From assembly GCF_000829235.1 (NCBI RefSeq), contig NZ_AP012549.1, positions 2,580,001 to 2,612,000 of the forward strand: a stretch of DNA of 32,000 nucleotides, written 5' to 3'. This stretch comes from a cyanobacterium endosymbiont of Epithemia turgida isolate EtSB Lake Yunoko (lineage in GTDB: Bacteria > Cyanobacteriota > Cyanobacteriia > Cyanobacteriales > Microcystaceae). The position numbers and the translations under genes are program-made. The notes below the pieces were generated by a model. That model ran no database searches. It was not told where the DNA came from and was given only the letters and a program-made list of their open reading frames with translations. The first letter of the stretch is position 1; each line of letters begins with the position of its first letter. This document shows, piece by piece, positions 1 through 9,411 of this stretch.

Positions 1-395
1 ATGGACCTGTCTATAGTAACAATGAAGGGAATTTTTGGCAGTGGGATGAAGCTATTCGGGACTATACCCGTTATGTTCACCGCCATGAAGGATATACCGC
101 TCGTTATAGTGGAGCTTTGGTTGGAGATGTGCACCGAATTTTAATGCAAGGGGGAGTGTTTCTTTATCCAGGCACAGTAAAAAAACCTGAAGGGAAATTA
201 CGATTGCTTTATGAAACTGCACCCCTAGCTTTTTTGATTGAACAAGCAGGAGGAAAAGCTAGCGACGGCACCACAAGAATCTTAGATATCGTTCCCGATA
301 AACTGCACGCAAGAACTCCATTAGTAATCGGTTCTAAAGATGATGTTAAGCTCGTTGAGTCATTTATTGAAGATCGCAAACATCGAGAAAGTTAG
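1..395 (+). CDS. fbp: Fructose-1,6-bisphosphatase class I, C-terminal part (5' end lies outside the window)
   Basis: Frame 3 is open from base 3. The translation [57 protein letters not shown]...[10 protein letters not shown] matches the conserved C-terminal half of class I FBPase (RYxGxxVxDxHRxLxxGGxFxYP region). Stop codon at 393-395. Confidence 0.9.
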   Translation, partial: GPVYSNNEGNFWQWDEAIRDYTRYVHRHEGYTARYSGALVGDVHRILMQGGVFLYPGTVKKPEGKLRLLYETAPLAFLIEQAGGKASDGTTRILDIVPDKLHARTPLVIGSKDDVKLVESFIEDRKHRES

Positions 396-517
396 ACAGC
401 AAAGGACTAATATTTGGGTTTATATAGAATCTTTGTATTAAGAGGCTTGTTTGCTTTTATAGATAGTTATAAAAAAGCTACAGATGCGGTTTTTTCTGGC
501 TCTGGGAGCAATAAACA

Positions 518-569
518 AGGAACCCACAGCTCCTAGGTTTTAATCAAAACCTAGGAGCTGTGGGTTCCT
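518..569. repeat. Perfect 24-bp-stem hairpin with a 4-nt loop (AATC). Possible fbp terminator or a palindromic element
   Basis: I base-paired 518-541 (AGGAACCCACAGCTCCTAGGTTTT) against 546-569 (AAAACCTAGGAGCTGTGGGTTCCT) position by position and found no mismatch. It is GC-richer than its surroundings and lies 123 nt after the fbp stop. No U-tract directly follows it. Confidence 0.6.
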
Positions 570-1311
570 CCTTCTAGAAATTTTTGAGCTTGCTAAGTAC
601 CAAAAAGGCAGACTTCGCTCGTTAAAATTTATGGGATCTAGAAATCATATCAGCACTAAAAAAAACAGGAACAACGACAATACAAAAGTTTTTAAGCAAA
701 AAGTAATCTCAATTTTTGCTGTTTATTTTTTCTAGGAAAGCTAATTTTCAATGAATTAGTCCTATTTCCCAGAAACAAAAATGTAATTAACCACACACAA
801 GTGAGAGTAAAGTTTATTACTCCAAATGAAAGCTGGCAAAAAAAGTTAAAAACATTAGTAAATTTTACTCATATAGATTGATATTAAAGAAAAAATAATA
901 TTTTTTAAAACCTTTTTGCAGAGTTTATTGATGATATTGATAGTATTATCTACTTACGTATTTAACAGTTATTAAATCTAATAAAATTGAGAAATTTTAA
1001 TTAACTTAATATTAACAAACCAATACTCTTTTAAGCTATTCAAATATTTTAATTTTTAATACCAGCAAGTATTTGTCTTAGTTCTTACATAAAAAAAAAA
1101 CAATCCTATGATTTTTAACAAATAAAAGCTGAAAGTTAGAAAAATTTGAAAAAAGTTGCTTTCTTTGTGGGTTTCTTTGTCTTCTACCACTCTTCCCTAA
1201 AGATCTGAATACAGATATAATGACCAAAGCTTAATTTTCTATGATAAGTTTCCTGAAATTTAAAAAGTTCTAGATACACTGGAGATTAACGAAGGAGCAT
1301 TTGAAAACTCT

Positions 1312-2841
1312 ATGGTAACGCTGCTAGAAAACCCCTTCCGCGTAGGACTACGCCAAGAAAGAACCCCAGAGCCCCTAATACTCGTAATTTTTGGGGCTTC
1401 TGGCGACCTTACTCAACGAAAACTTGTTCCCGCCGTCTATAAAATGAAACAAGAACGGCGACTTCCCCCAGGATTAACTATCGTAGGGGTTGCCCGTCGA
1501 GACTGGAGTCACGATTTTTTTAGGGAACAGGTACGTAAGGGAATTGAAGAATTCTCTGATGGCATCGGCAATGAACAACTCTGGAATGATTTTGCCCAAG
1601 GGTTGTTCTATTGCAGTGGCAACATGGATGAGTTAGAAAGCTATTACAAACTTAAAACCTTCCTAGAAGAACTCGACATCAAGCGAGGAACACGAGGCAA
1701 CCGCGTCTTTTATCTCTCGGTTTCCCCTGAATTCTTCCCTCCTGGCATCAAACAACTAGGGGCGACGGGAATGCTAAGTGATCCTGTTAAACACCGCATT
1801 GTCATTGAAAAACCTTTTGGTAAAGACTTGAGTTCAGCTCGAGTTTTGAATCAGATTGTTCAAAACGTTTGTAAAGAAGAACAAGTTTATCGCATTGACC
1901 ATTATTTAGGCAAAGAAACTGTTCAGAACTTGCTGGTTTTCCGCTTTGCCAACGCCATTTTTGAGCCCCTTTGGAACCATCATTTTGTAGATAACGTTCA
2001 AATTACTGTGGCTGAAACCGTCGGGGTCGAAGATCGGGCGGGTTATTACGAAAGCTCTGGGGCTTTACGGGATATGCTGCAAAATCACTTAATGCAGCTG
2101 TTTTGTCTTACGGCGATGGAGCCGCCTAACGCTCTGAGTGCTGACAGTGTTCGTAACGAAAAAGTCAAAGTCTTGCAAGCGACACACCTCGCAGACCTTC
2201 ATAACCTAGCGAACTCCGCAGTTCGCGGACAGTATAAAGCAGGATGGATGAAAGGAAAATCTGTTGCTGGTTATCGGGAAGAGCCAGGGGTTAATCCCAA
2301 TTCCACTACCCCCACCTACGTCGCCATGAAATTAATGATTGATAACTGGCGCTGGAAAGGGGTTCCTTTCTATCTACGGACAGGAAAACGTCTACCTAAA
2401 AAGGTCACTGAAATTGCCATTCAATTTAAGGAAGTTCCCCTACTTATTTTCCAATCTGTTGCTCATCAGACTAATGCTAATGTATTGAGTATGCGAATTC
2501 AACCCAATGAGGGTATTGCCCTAAGGTTTGAAGCCAAAATGCCTGGGTCAGAATTAAGGACCCGTACAGTGGAAATGGACTTTAATTATGGATCTTCCTT
2601 TGGCATAGCAACTGCTGATGCTTACCATCGTCTCCTCCTCGACACTATGTTAGGGGATCAAACCCTATTTACTCGTGCCGACGAAGTGGAAGAAGCTTGG
2701 CGTGTCGTTACTCCTATTTTATCTGCTTGGGATGGCGAAGCTGACCCGTCTACAGTTCCTCAATACGAAGCTGGAACATGGGAACCAGAAGAAGCTGAAT
2801 TGTTGTTGAACCGCGATGGTCGGCGTTGGCGACGATTGTAA
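1312..2841 (+). CDS. zwf: Glucose-6-phosphate 1-dehydrogenase
   Basis: 509 aa. It has the N-terminal dinucleotide-binding motif [12 protein letters not shown] and the active-site motif RIDHYLGKE, and looks like G6PDH along its full length. GAAGGAG lies 14 nt upstream of the ATG. Confidence 0.97.
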   Translation: MVTLLENPFRVGLRQERTPEPLILVIFGASGDLTQRKLVPAVYKMKQERRLPPGLTIVGVARRDWSHDFFREQVRKGIEEFSDGIGNEQLWNDFAQGLFYCSGNMDELESYYKLKTFLEELDIKRGTRGNRVFYLSVSPEFFPPGIKQLGATGMLSDPVKHRIVIEKPFGKDLSSARVLNQIVQNVCKEEQVYRIDHYLGKETVQNLLVFRFANAIFEPLWNHHFVDNVQITVAETVGVEDRAGYYESSGALRDMLQNHLMQLFCLTAMEPPNALSADSVRNEKVKVLQATHLADLHNLANSAVRGQYKAGWMKGKSVAGYREEPGVNPNSTTPTYVAMKLMIDNWRWKGVPFYLRTGKRLPKKVTEIAIQFKEVPLLIFQSVAHQTNANVLSMRIQPNEGIALRFEAKMPGSELRTRTVEMDFNYGSSFGIATADAYHRLLLDTMLGDQTLFTRADEVEEAWRVVTPILSAWDGEADPSTVPQYEAGTWEPEEAELLLNRDGRRWRRL

Positions 2842-2887
2842 TTGAGGAAACAATTGTTAATTGTAGAATGTAAACGAAGAACTCACC

Positions 2888-4264
2888 ATGACTACCCAAA
2901 CTCCCCCTCTAGTTTCCCTACAAGACCCAAAAGATGTTTCTATTGATGTCATTGAAGCTGAACTAGCCAATATCTGGCAGAATTACGGCACCGATGGAGA
3001 TGGGATAGGTGCTACTAGGGCAACCACTTTTACCTTTGTGGTTTATGACCCTGAACCTACCCAACATTTGTTAGCTAGCCTAGGTTTTTATACTGGTCCG
3101 GTAGATGGCATCGCTGGACCTCGGACCGTCGCCGCGATTAAATCAGCCCAGAAAGATTATGAGATAAAGGTAACAGGGAAACCTGACCAGACCTTACTCG
3201 ATAGGTTAAAAAAAGAACTTGGAAAAGCCAAAGCTGAAGGAAAGTTAACCGATGTACAGCAACGGGCTTCTCAAAAGTACACTCCAGACTTGGAAGGGAC
3301 AGGAATTGCCGATACTATCGCTTCTGCGAATCCTTGTCGAATTATCACCCTTTGTCCTAGCGTTAGCGAGGATAAAGGAGTCAAAGCTCAAGTGTCTGCC
3401 TATTGTCCAGTCAATCAAGGCAATCAAAATACTTTAGTTTGTTGTGAGTATATTACCTTACACGGAAGTGCAGAAGCTTTAGAGAGAATTGGAGGAATTA
3501 TTTCGGATTTGATCATTAGCGGGCTATCTACTTTTGTTTGGTGGAAAGCTGAACCTAATCCTGAATACGGCTTGTTCAAACGTCTAGTATCCCAAGGAGA
3601 TACCCTGATTATCGACTCTAGCATCTTTAGGAATCCTGAAGAAGATTTATCTCGCACTATTGAAATGTTAGTCGATGTCGATGATGTTTCTCTAGCCGAT
3701 TTAAATTGGGCGCGTTTGAGTCCATGGCAAGAGTTAACCGCCGCTGCATTTGATCCCCCCGAACGTCGTAACTCTGTCCAAGAAATTGATCGGGTAACTA
3801 TTGATTATGAGAAGGGAAATCCAGCTCAAGCATTGATGTTCCTTGGATGGATCGCTAGTCGCTTACAATGGAAACCTGTTAGTTATAAGCACGAAGGTGA
3901 AGAATACGATATTCGACAGGTTGAGTTTATCAATGGTGAAAATAAATCCATTGAAGCAGAATTAGCCGGAGTTCCTTTAACAGACTGGGGTGAAGTCTTA
4001 GGGGATTTAATTAGTCTTAAGTTGAGTTCAACTAATCTTGAAGCAGACTGTTGTACCGTATTTTGTTCAGGAACTACTGGATGTATGCGGATGGAAGCTT
4101 CTGGCGGCGCACAGGCTTGTCGTATTGAACAAGTAACTTCCTTAGCAGATCAAAAAACTGACCAACTATTGAATAAACAATTGCAACGGTGGGGTCAAGA
4201 TCCTCTTTACAAAGAAAGTATGGAAGTTGTAGACCAAATTCTTAAATTGGCGAGTCAATCTTAA
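2888..4264 (+). CDS. opcA: OpcA, the G6PDH assembly/allosteric activator protein (OxPP cycle protein), with an embedded peptidoglycan-binding-like module
   Basis: 458 aa, starting 46 nt downstream of zwf, which is the conserved cyanobacterial zwf-opcA pair. Typical OpcA segments are present: MTTQTPPLVSLQDPKDVS, ATRATTFTFVVY, NPCRIITL, VSAYCP, FVWWKA, DLNWARLSPWQELTA and IDYEKGNPAQALMFLGWIASRLQW. Confidence 0.93.
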   Translation: MTTQTPPLVSLQDPKDVSIDVIEAELANIWQNYGTDGDGIGATRATTFTFVVYDPEPTQHLLASLGFYTGPVDGIAGPRTVAAIKSAQKDYEIKVTGKPDQTLLDRLKKELGKAKAEGKLTDVQQRASQKYTPDLEGTGIADTIASANPCRIITLCPSVSEDKGVKAQVSAYCPVNQGNQNTLVCCEYITLHGSAEALERIGGIISDLIISGLSTFVWWKAEPNPEYGLFKRLVSQGDTLIIDSSIFRNPEEDLSRTIEMLVDVDDVSLADLNWARLSPWQELTAAAFDPPERRNSVQEIDRVTIDYEKGNPAQALMFLGWIASRLQWKPVSYKHEGEEYDIRQVEFINGENKSIEAELAGVPLTDWGEVLGDLISLKLSSTNLEADCCTVFCSGTTGCMRMEASGGAQACRIEQVTSLADQKTDQLLNKQLQRWGQDPLYKESMEVVDQILKLASQS

Positions 4265-4289
4265 GGGTTAATTTATTCTTAATATTTTA

Positions 4290-4342
4290 GGGCAAGTTTA
4301 GAGGTAAAGTTATCTTTTAAAACTGCCCTTTGTTTATGTTTT
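4290..4342 (+). terminator. Candidate rho-independent terminator after opcA
   Basis: GGGCAAGTTT (4290-4299) pairs with AAAACTGCCC (4319-4328) as a 9-bp stem with one bulged A. The stem is followed directly by the T-rich tail TTTGTTTATGTTTT. It lies 26 nt after the opcA stop. The 20-nt loop is large. Confidence 0.45.
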
Positions 4343-5356
4343 ACATATTGCGTATGATAAATTGTGATATTTCTTACAAAGCAAAACATTTAGCTAGTAA
4401 TTTTTTAAAAAAGACAGTTTTTTCTATCAAAGGCAAGTATCTAATAGTCAACTAATTATTTTGATAAAGGTTTTTAATGGTTAAATTATTATGAGTATAT
4501 AACTCTAAGTATCCTTCTGGCAATCTTATGAACTTTTGTTTGATACCACTACTCTTCTAGTAGAATTAGTTCCAGACTATAAGTTTATAAATACTATATA
4601 TAGTCCTTTTTATGATTATTTTTTAGTTTAGCTTTAACCAAACTAGTTGTTTGAATTGTAAAAACTTAAAAATTAAGTATAGATAGATACAGCAAAGTAC
4701 TGTTTCTGCGCTCAAATCATTGCTAAAGATGAACTATATAGTCTAATACGATAGATTAGAAGAATTAATCCCTAAATTTTAGCTAATACTTGTCTATTTA
4801 TTACAATAGATATGCTATATAGACTATGTTCAGACTTTTTTTCCATTTCTATGGACAGATTACAATCCAGAAATTTAAAATTCACCAAGATAGTCAACAC
4901 AATTGTAGAGGGAAAGAAAACATTATTTACACTGTTAATTTTTCTCAGCGACGGATTCAACGGTGACGAGATTATATTTAGGCAATATCTGATTTCAATT
5001 ATCCTAAAAACTGATGAAGCATTTAATTTTTGAGCACCAACGTATTACATCGTATATGCTAGCCAGCAATAAATTTATGACTTGATAATAATTTTAGAAG
5101 TTATTGACTGCCCTGCCACTATGTTATTCTCAATCTAGAAAATCTATAATTGCTTCTTTTAGAGATTATAGTTAGTACAACCTTTATCAAAAACATTAGA
5201 CTCAAACAATCTAGGCTTAGATTATTTTCGGGAGCAACTCATCAGAACTATCTAGCTAAACTAAAAGATTTTCTCTTCTCATGGATAGGAGTCAGTATGT
5301 TATGGTTAAGATAACATTATTATGACTGAGATGTATTACCTGCTAAGGAGAGACCT

Positions 5357-5668
5357 ATGCTACATCGTAAGATTTATCAAATCTGTACAGAGGGTCGTGA
5401 AGTCTCTCTCTTCTTGCGGGATCAACAGCGTTGGATTGAAGAGGCTACTATAGTCTCCCTAGAAGGAGACCTAGTCACAATTCGTTATGAAACCGAAGAA
5501 GATGATGAGATTAGCTCCTGGGAAGAAATGGTACGACTCGAGAGTATAGGTTCTCTGAGTCAAAAACTAGCGTCCGTCTCAAGATACAATTCTGAGATTC
5601 CTATTGCTGATGAATGTCCTCATGAGGAACAAATTCATCCCCATTCTCCCGAATCAAATCAAGAATAA
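5357..5668 (+). CDS. Hypothetical protein (103 aa, acidic)
   Basis: Clean ORF with an AAGGAGAG Shine-Dalgarno 5 nt upstream of the ATG. Its GC content is clearly higher than the flanking spacer. I did not recognise a family. Confidence 0.6.
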   Translation: MLHRKIYQICTEGREVSLFLRDQQRWIEEATIVSLEGDLVTIRYETEEDDEISSWEEMVRLESIGSLSQKLASVSRYNSEIPIADECPHEEQIHPHSPESNQE

Positions 5669-5804
5669 ATAAATCCTTCGTGAGCTTTCGTGTAAAGTGT
5701 AGATTTCTTGATCTCGTTCATGAGATTGTCTGAATGATAGATTATTATGCCTGGTTCTACATCTTAATCAAAAAAAATATATATTGTAAACCTGCGCGAC
5801 TCAT

Positions 5805-6418
5805 ATGAAAAAAGTTCACTGTCGTCAATCAGTTTAGTAGCCTATTTTGGGGTAAGTCTTTCGAAGAATCCAAATCTGATAAGAGCGATTACGTTACTCC
5901 TAGACAATTTTTAGCCAAAAGATTTCCAGTGTTTATCTATGGAGATACCTCTCGGAATTAATCTCCAAAATTGGAAATTTCGAGTCTGGGGATTAGCTGC
6001 TTCTAAAATATTTAGTTGGTTGGATTTGATTAAATTTTTTTATCAGGTATGTCCCAAGTACTTTTAGCGTGTTATCTGTTGATCTAAATTAAAAGTTAAG
6101 TAGAAAGAAATTAAAGTCATCTATTTTATAAAGTTAGTGGAACTTGCTCTGCCATTAGCCTATGTAGTGCAACATTTTTATGAGGGATATGCGATTAATC
6201 TTCCTCTTGAAAATTTGATAAGGGAGAATAAATTTTTAGTGTTTGAATTATTCGGAGAATCTTTACTTCCCAATCATAATGAACAAATGCGATTAATAGT
6301 TTTTCATTTATATTCTTGAAAGAAAGGTAAATAAATTAATCGGTTAGAATGTTTGCTGAAAAATCAGCTAGAATTTTGGGAACGTAATGGCTATTCCTGA
6401 CGGGGAGATATTTGCTAA
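5805..6418 (+). pseudogene. Decayed sulfite-oxidase-fold molybdopterin-binding oxidoreductase (small ~200-aa bacterial type)
   Basis: Hand translation across frames:
- Frame 1 from 5809: ..SFEESKSDKSDYVTPRQFLAKRFPVFIYGDTSRN*
- Frame 2 from 5954: GINLQNWKFRVWGLAASKIFSWLDLIKFF..*
- Frame 2 from 6137: ..HFYEGYAINLPLENLIRENKFLVFELFGESLLPNHNEQMRLIVFHLYS*KKGK*INRLECLLKNQLEFWERNGYS*RGDIC*
These match the family pattern as I remember it (FPVLxYG..P.I....W.F.V.GLV; GYTTNLPL; G.PL.PEHGGP.RLVVP.LY.WKSAKW; GFWE..GY). There is at least one frameshift near 5955, and in-frame stops at 6065, 6317, 6332 and 6398. Confidence 0.8.
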
Positions 6419-6593
6419 AAAAACTTTATGTTAGCTACTTGTAAAGTCAAAAATCAGTTGTGGCTATATCAATAATGGCTTAATATTCAATTATAAGTCA
6501 TATTATTGATAATATTTTATACTTTAACTTAAGTATCATAATTTTACTCCTTAATCATATTTTTTTTGACTAATTATTTTAATTTTTTATTAT

Positions 6594-7085
6594 TTATTGA
6601 AAAAAAGTTGGATTAGATAAAATCTGTTTTATTATTTGCTCTGTAGTTGAAGCAATATCGATAATGATCGCGTTTTCTGGTTCTTCTAGGTCTTTAAATT
6701 GAGACTTGAGCATCTGACTTTTCATGAAATGTTCTTGTCGTTTTTCAAGTCTTTCTAGAATTTGTTCAAAACTTCCTTTAAGATAAATCCAAACTAGATA
6801 TTTATAATTACCTTGCAATGATTTTCTATAGGATTTCTTGAGAGATGAACAAGCAATAACAGCATTTTTTTGATGTTGTTGTAAATTATTAATTAAGTAA
6901 CTGAGAGATAGTAACCAAGGCTGGCGATCTTTGTCATCAAGAGGAATTCCCTGACTCATTTTTTGGATATTTTCTGGTGGATGAAAATTGTCTGCATCAT
7001 AAAAATGATAGTGTAAATGACAGCTAAGTTGTTTTCCTATAGTTGTTTTTCCCGAACCAGATACACCCATTATAATATAAATCAT
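6594..7085 (-). CDS. gntK: Gluconokinase (gluconate kinase, GntK family)
   Basis: 163 aa. It has the P-loop MGVSGSGKTT. The segments DADNFHPPENIQKMSQGIPLDDKDRQPWL, ACSSLKKSYR, IYLKGSF and HFMKSQMLKSQF..LEEP are collinear with E. coli GntK as I remember it. Confidence 0.9.
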   Translation of the reverse strand: MIYIIMGVSGSGKTTIGKQLSCHLHYHFYDADNFHPPENIQKMSQGIPLDDKDRQPWLLSLSYLINNLQQHQKNAVIACSSLKKSYRKSLQGNYKYLVWIYLKGSFEQILERLEKRQEHFMKSQMLKSQFKDLEEPENAIIIDIASTTEQIIKQILSNPTFFQ

Positions 7086-7549
7086 AGGACTATTTTTTAT
7101 TTATTATTAAATAAGTCAACAGGCGTTAGTTAAGCCATAATTTTAAATATAAATTATTTTAGCCTGTAAATATACTGGTTTTAGTTTTAATATTTCTAAT
7201 ATTTAGCCAGATTTTGTCTCATAATTAAACAATTATACTTATTATCTTGTTCCCTAACTTTAGAACATTATTCTAGAGTTTATCAAATATTATATATATT
7301 ACAATTATTATTGTTTATTTTGTTTTTGACAATAATTTAGAGCAAAACAAAAATATCAATAATTAAATATTAGTTAATCTAGAAAGATTGAAGATTAAAC
7401 TATTGATTTCCTAGAAAAATCAAATAATACTTATTCAAAGATATGTGGTTAAATCTTACTGTTTTATGACAAAAGAAAACCTACTGTAAAAATTAAGTTA
7501 AAATGATGGAGTAATTGAGAAAATGTGCGTAATCCAAATTGGATCTTTT

Positions 7550-7580
7550 TTTCTAAATCTTTTAACAAAAGATTTAGAAA
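7550..7580. repeat. Perfect 14-bp hairpin with a 3-nt loop, entirely A/T-rich
   Basis: TTTCTAAATCTTTT (7550-7563) pairs with AAAAGATTTAGAAA (7567-7580); I checked each pair. It lies in the 734-bp divergent spacer between gntK and the DHH gene. Confidence 0.5.
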
Positions 7581-7819
7581 TGCTTTGTCTTGCCGATCAA
7601 TCACAAGAAGACCCGAAAGTAACCTTTAGGTATCTTTCTTTATCTCAATAAAGTAGTTGAATATACGGTTAACCATCCTAATTGCCTTTTACACTTCATA
7701 GAGTTGTCTTCTTGCTAATTTTTTCTAGTAAAATGCTAGAATCTGACCGCAGTTAGTTAAAAATCTCTGAACCTCTTAAATTAATTTCCATTATTAACCA
7801 TCTCTTCTTACTAAACTAC

Positions 7820-9094
7820 TTGCAGATGAAATCAACTTTACTTACTCCTAGTAACCATAAAACCTCGCAGACAAAGTTAATATCGCAGTTGGCTCTGGGA
7901 GAAACTGACCAAAAGAACACGGATTCTGAAAAGAACAGTTCAACAACTATCATCTCCAGTCATGGAAAGAAAAATCACGATGTATTCTCGGAAAAACTTG
8001 CTCACAAGTTACAACAGACTTTAGAACATCATCGAGGAGAATGTCAGATTGTTGTAATTCAGGATTTTCCTGATCCTGATGCTCTCTCAAGTGCCTGGGC
8101 TTATCAACTCATTGCCCAACCCTATGATATTAACTGTGATATCGTCTATGCCGGAACCCTATCCCATCAGGAAAATATTGCCTTAGTTAAGTTAACTGGA
8201 CTACCTGCTAAACGATGGAGTGTTAATACCCTTAAAGAACAAAATCTTTCTGTTTATCAAAGTTGCGTGTTAGTGGACAGTCAAGGGAATACCAGTAAAC
8301 TGATGCCGTTGTTGAAACAAGCTGAAATTCCCATTGCTGTCGTTATTGACCATCATGGCAAACAAGGAGATATTAGAGCAGAATTTCTTGACTTGCGACC
8401 TCAAACTCGTGCCACCGCAACGATTATTACTCAATACCTACAGGCAGGACTGTTAGACCTTGATAGCAGTGATAACGTTCATGTAAAGTGTGCAACTGCT
8501 TTGATGCATGGCATTCGTTCGGATACTAATAATTTACTCCAAGCTCAAGAACAAGACTTATTAGCAGCAGCTTATTTATCTCGTATCTATGACTCCCAGT
8601 TACTCAATACCGTGCTGCAATCAGCGCGCTCACGGCGAGTGATGGATGTGATTGAACGATCACTGAAAAATCGTTGGACTCAAAATAATGTTTCTATTGC
8701 TGGAGTAGGTTATTTACGTTACGAAGATCGAGATGCAATTCCTCAGGCTGCTGATTTTTTAGTCACAGAAGAAAATATTCATACTGCCGTGGTGTATGGC
8801 ATTATCCACGATCAAGATAATGATATTGAGGTAGTCATCGGTTCTCTCAGAACTAATAAATTTACCCTCGATCCTGATGAATTTCTGAAGGACGCTTTGG
8901 GAAAAGATGGTCAAGGTCGATACTATGGAGGTGGAAGAGAAATGGCTGGTGGGTTTGAGATTCCTGTTGGTTTTCTTGGGGGAAGTAAAGACAGCACTAA
9001 CTACACTAAACTTAAATGGAAGGTCTTTGACACACAAATTAAGCAAAAACTTTTAAGGTTAGTAAATCCCGAAGATAAAGTGATTCATGCCTGA
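7820..9094 (+). CDS. DHH-family phosphoesterase (DHH + DHHA1-like domains)
   Basis: The DHH motifs appear in order: DFPDPDALSS, VLVDSQG, VIDHHG and GIRSDTNN, with a C-terminal GGG-containing segment (YGGGREMAGGF). The track start at 7820 is TTG; an ATG two codons later (7826) is an equally plausible start. Confidence 0.8.
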   Translation: MQMKSTLLTPSNHKTSQTKLISQLALGETDQKNTDSEKNSSTTIISSHGKKNHDVFSEKLAHKLQQTLEHHRGECQIVVIQDFPDPDALSSAWAYQLIAQPYDINCDIVYAGTLSHQENIALVKLTGLPAKRWSVNTLKEQNLSVYQSCVLVDSQGNTSKLMPLLKQAEIPIAVVIDHHGKQGDIRAEFLDLRPQTRATATIITQYLQAGLLDLDSSDNVHVKCATALMHGIRSDTNNLLQAQEQDLLAAAYLSRIYDSQLLNTVLQSARSRRVMDVIERSLKNRWTQNNVSIAGVGYLRYEDRDAIPQAADFLVTEENIHTAVVYGIIHDQDNDIEVVIGSLRTNKFTLDPDEFLKDALGKDGQGRYYGGGREMAGGFEIPVGFLGGSKDSTNYTKLKWKVFDTQIKQKLLRLVNPEDKVIHA

Positions 9095-9411
9095 CCCTAA
9101 TAGGGTGCTCTAGAAGGTACGAGATGACTATTTGTCTTAATTACACTACCGTTGCTAGTCGGGAATAAACGAGCTCTGCCTCAATTATTCGTCCATTTCT
9201 TATAATTAGTTCAAAGTAACCCTATCTCTAAAAATGATATAACTGACCATAATCAAAAGTTCAGATTTTGTACACCTCTAGTAAATCTCATTAGCTATTT
9301 CTAAGGGGTTCTATGGTAATTAACTCACTATCTATTGTTTTATGGATACATTACCAGAGTCTTTGCTTCTAAAAGGATAGACATATCTTTATTCTTCTCC
9401 ACACATCGGTT

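Noticed and set aside
807-820. GTA-N8-TAC (GTAAAGTTTATTAC), the NtcA-binding consensus, about 490 nt upstream of zwf
   Set aside because: There is no properly spaced -10 element (TAN3T) about 22 nt downstream. A 6-nt-specified motif is expected several times by chance in about 12 kb of A+T-rich spacer. It is not supportable without transcription start-site data.
396-1311. Possible transaldolase pseudogene between fbp and zwf
   Set aside because: I translated the less A+T-rich parts on both strands and recognised no Tal motif. It is kept only as a question within the OPP finding, not as a feature.
3245-3657. Track ORFs 3245-3427 (-), 3252-3437 (+) and 3424-3657 (-) inside opcA
   Set aside because: They lie entirely within the well-supported opcA reading frame, either on the opposite strand or in a different frame. 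They have low-complexity composition and no recognisable family.
6137-6319. 60-aa ORF as a stand-alone gene
   Set aside because: It is the best-preserved internal fragment of the molybdoenzyme pseudogene at 5805-6418. The homology continues through its stop codon and upstream of its GTG.
8759-9046. 95-aa antisense ORF inside the DHH gene
   Set aside because: It is antisense to a motif-supported CDS and has no family resemblance.
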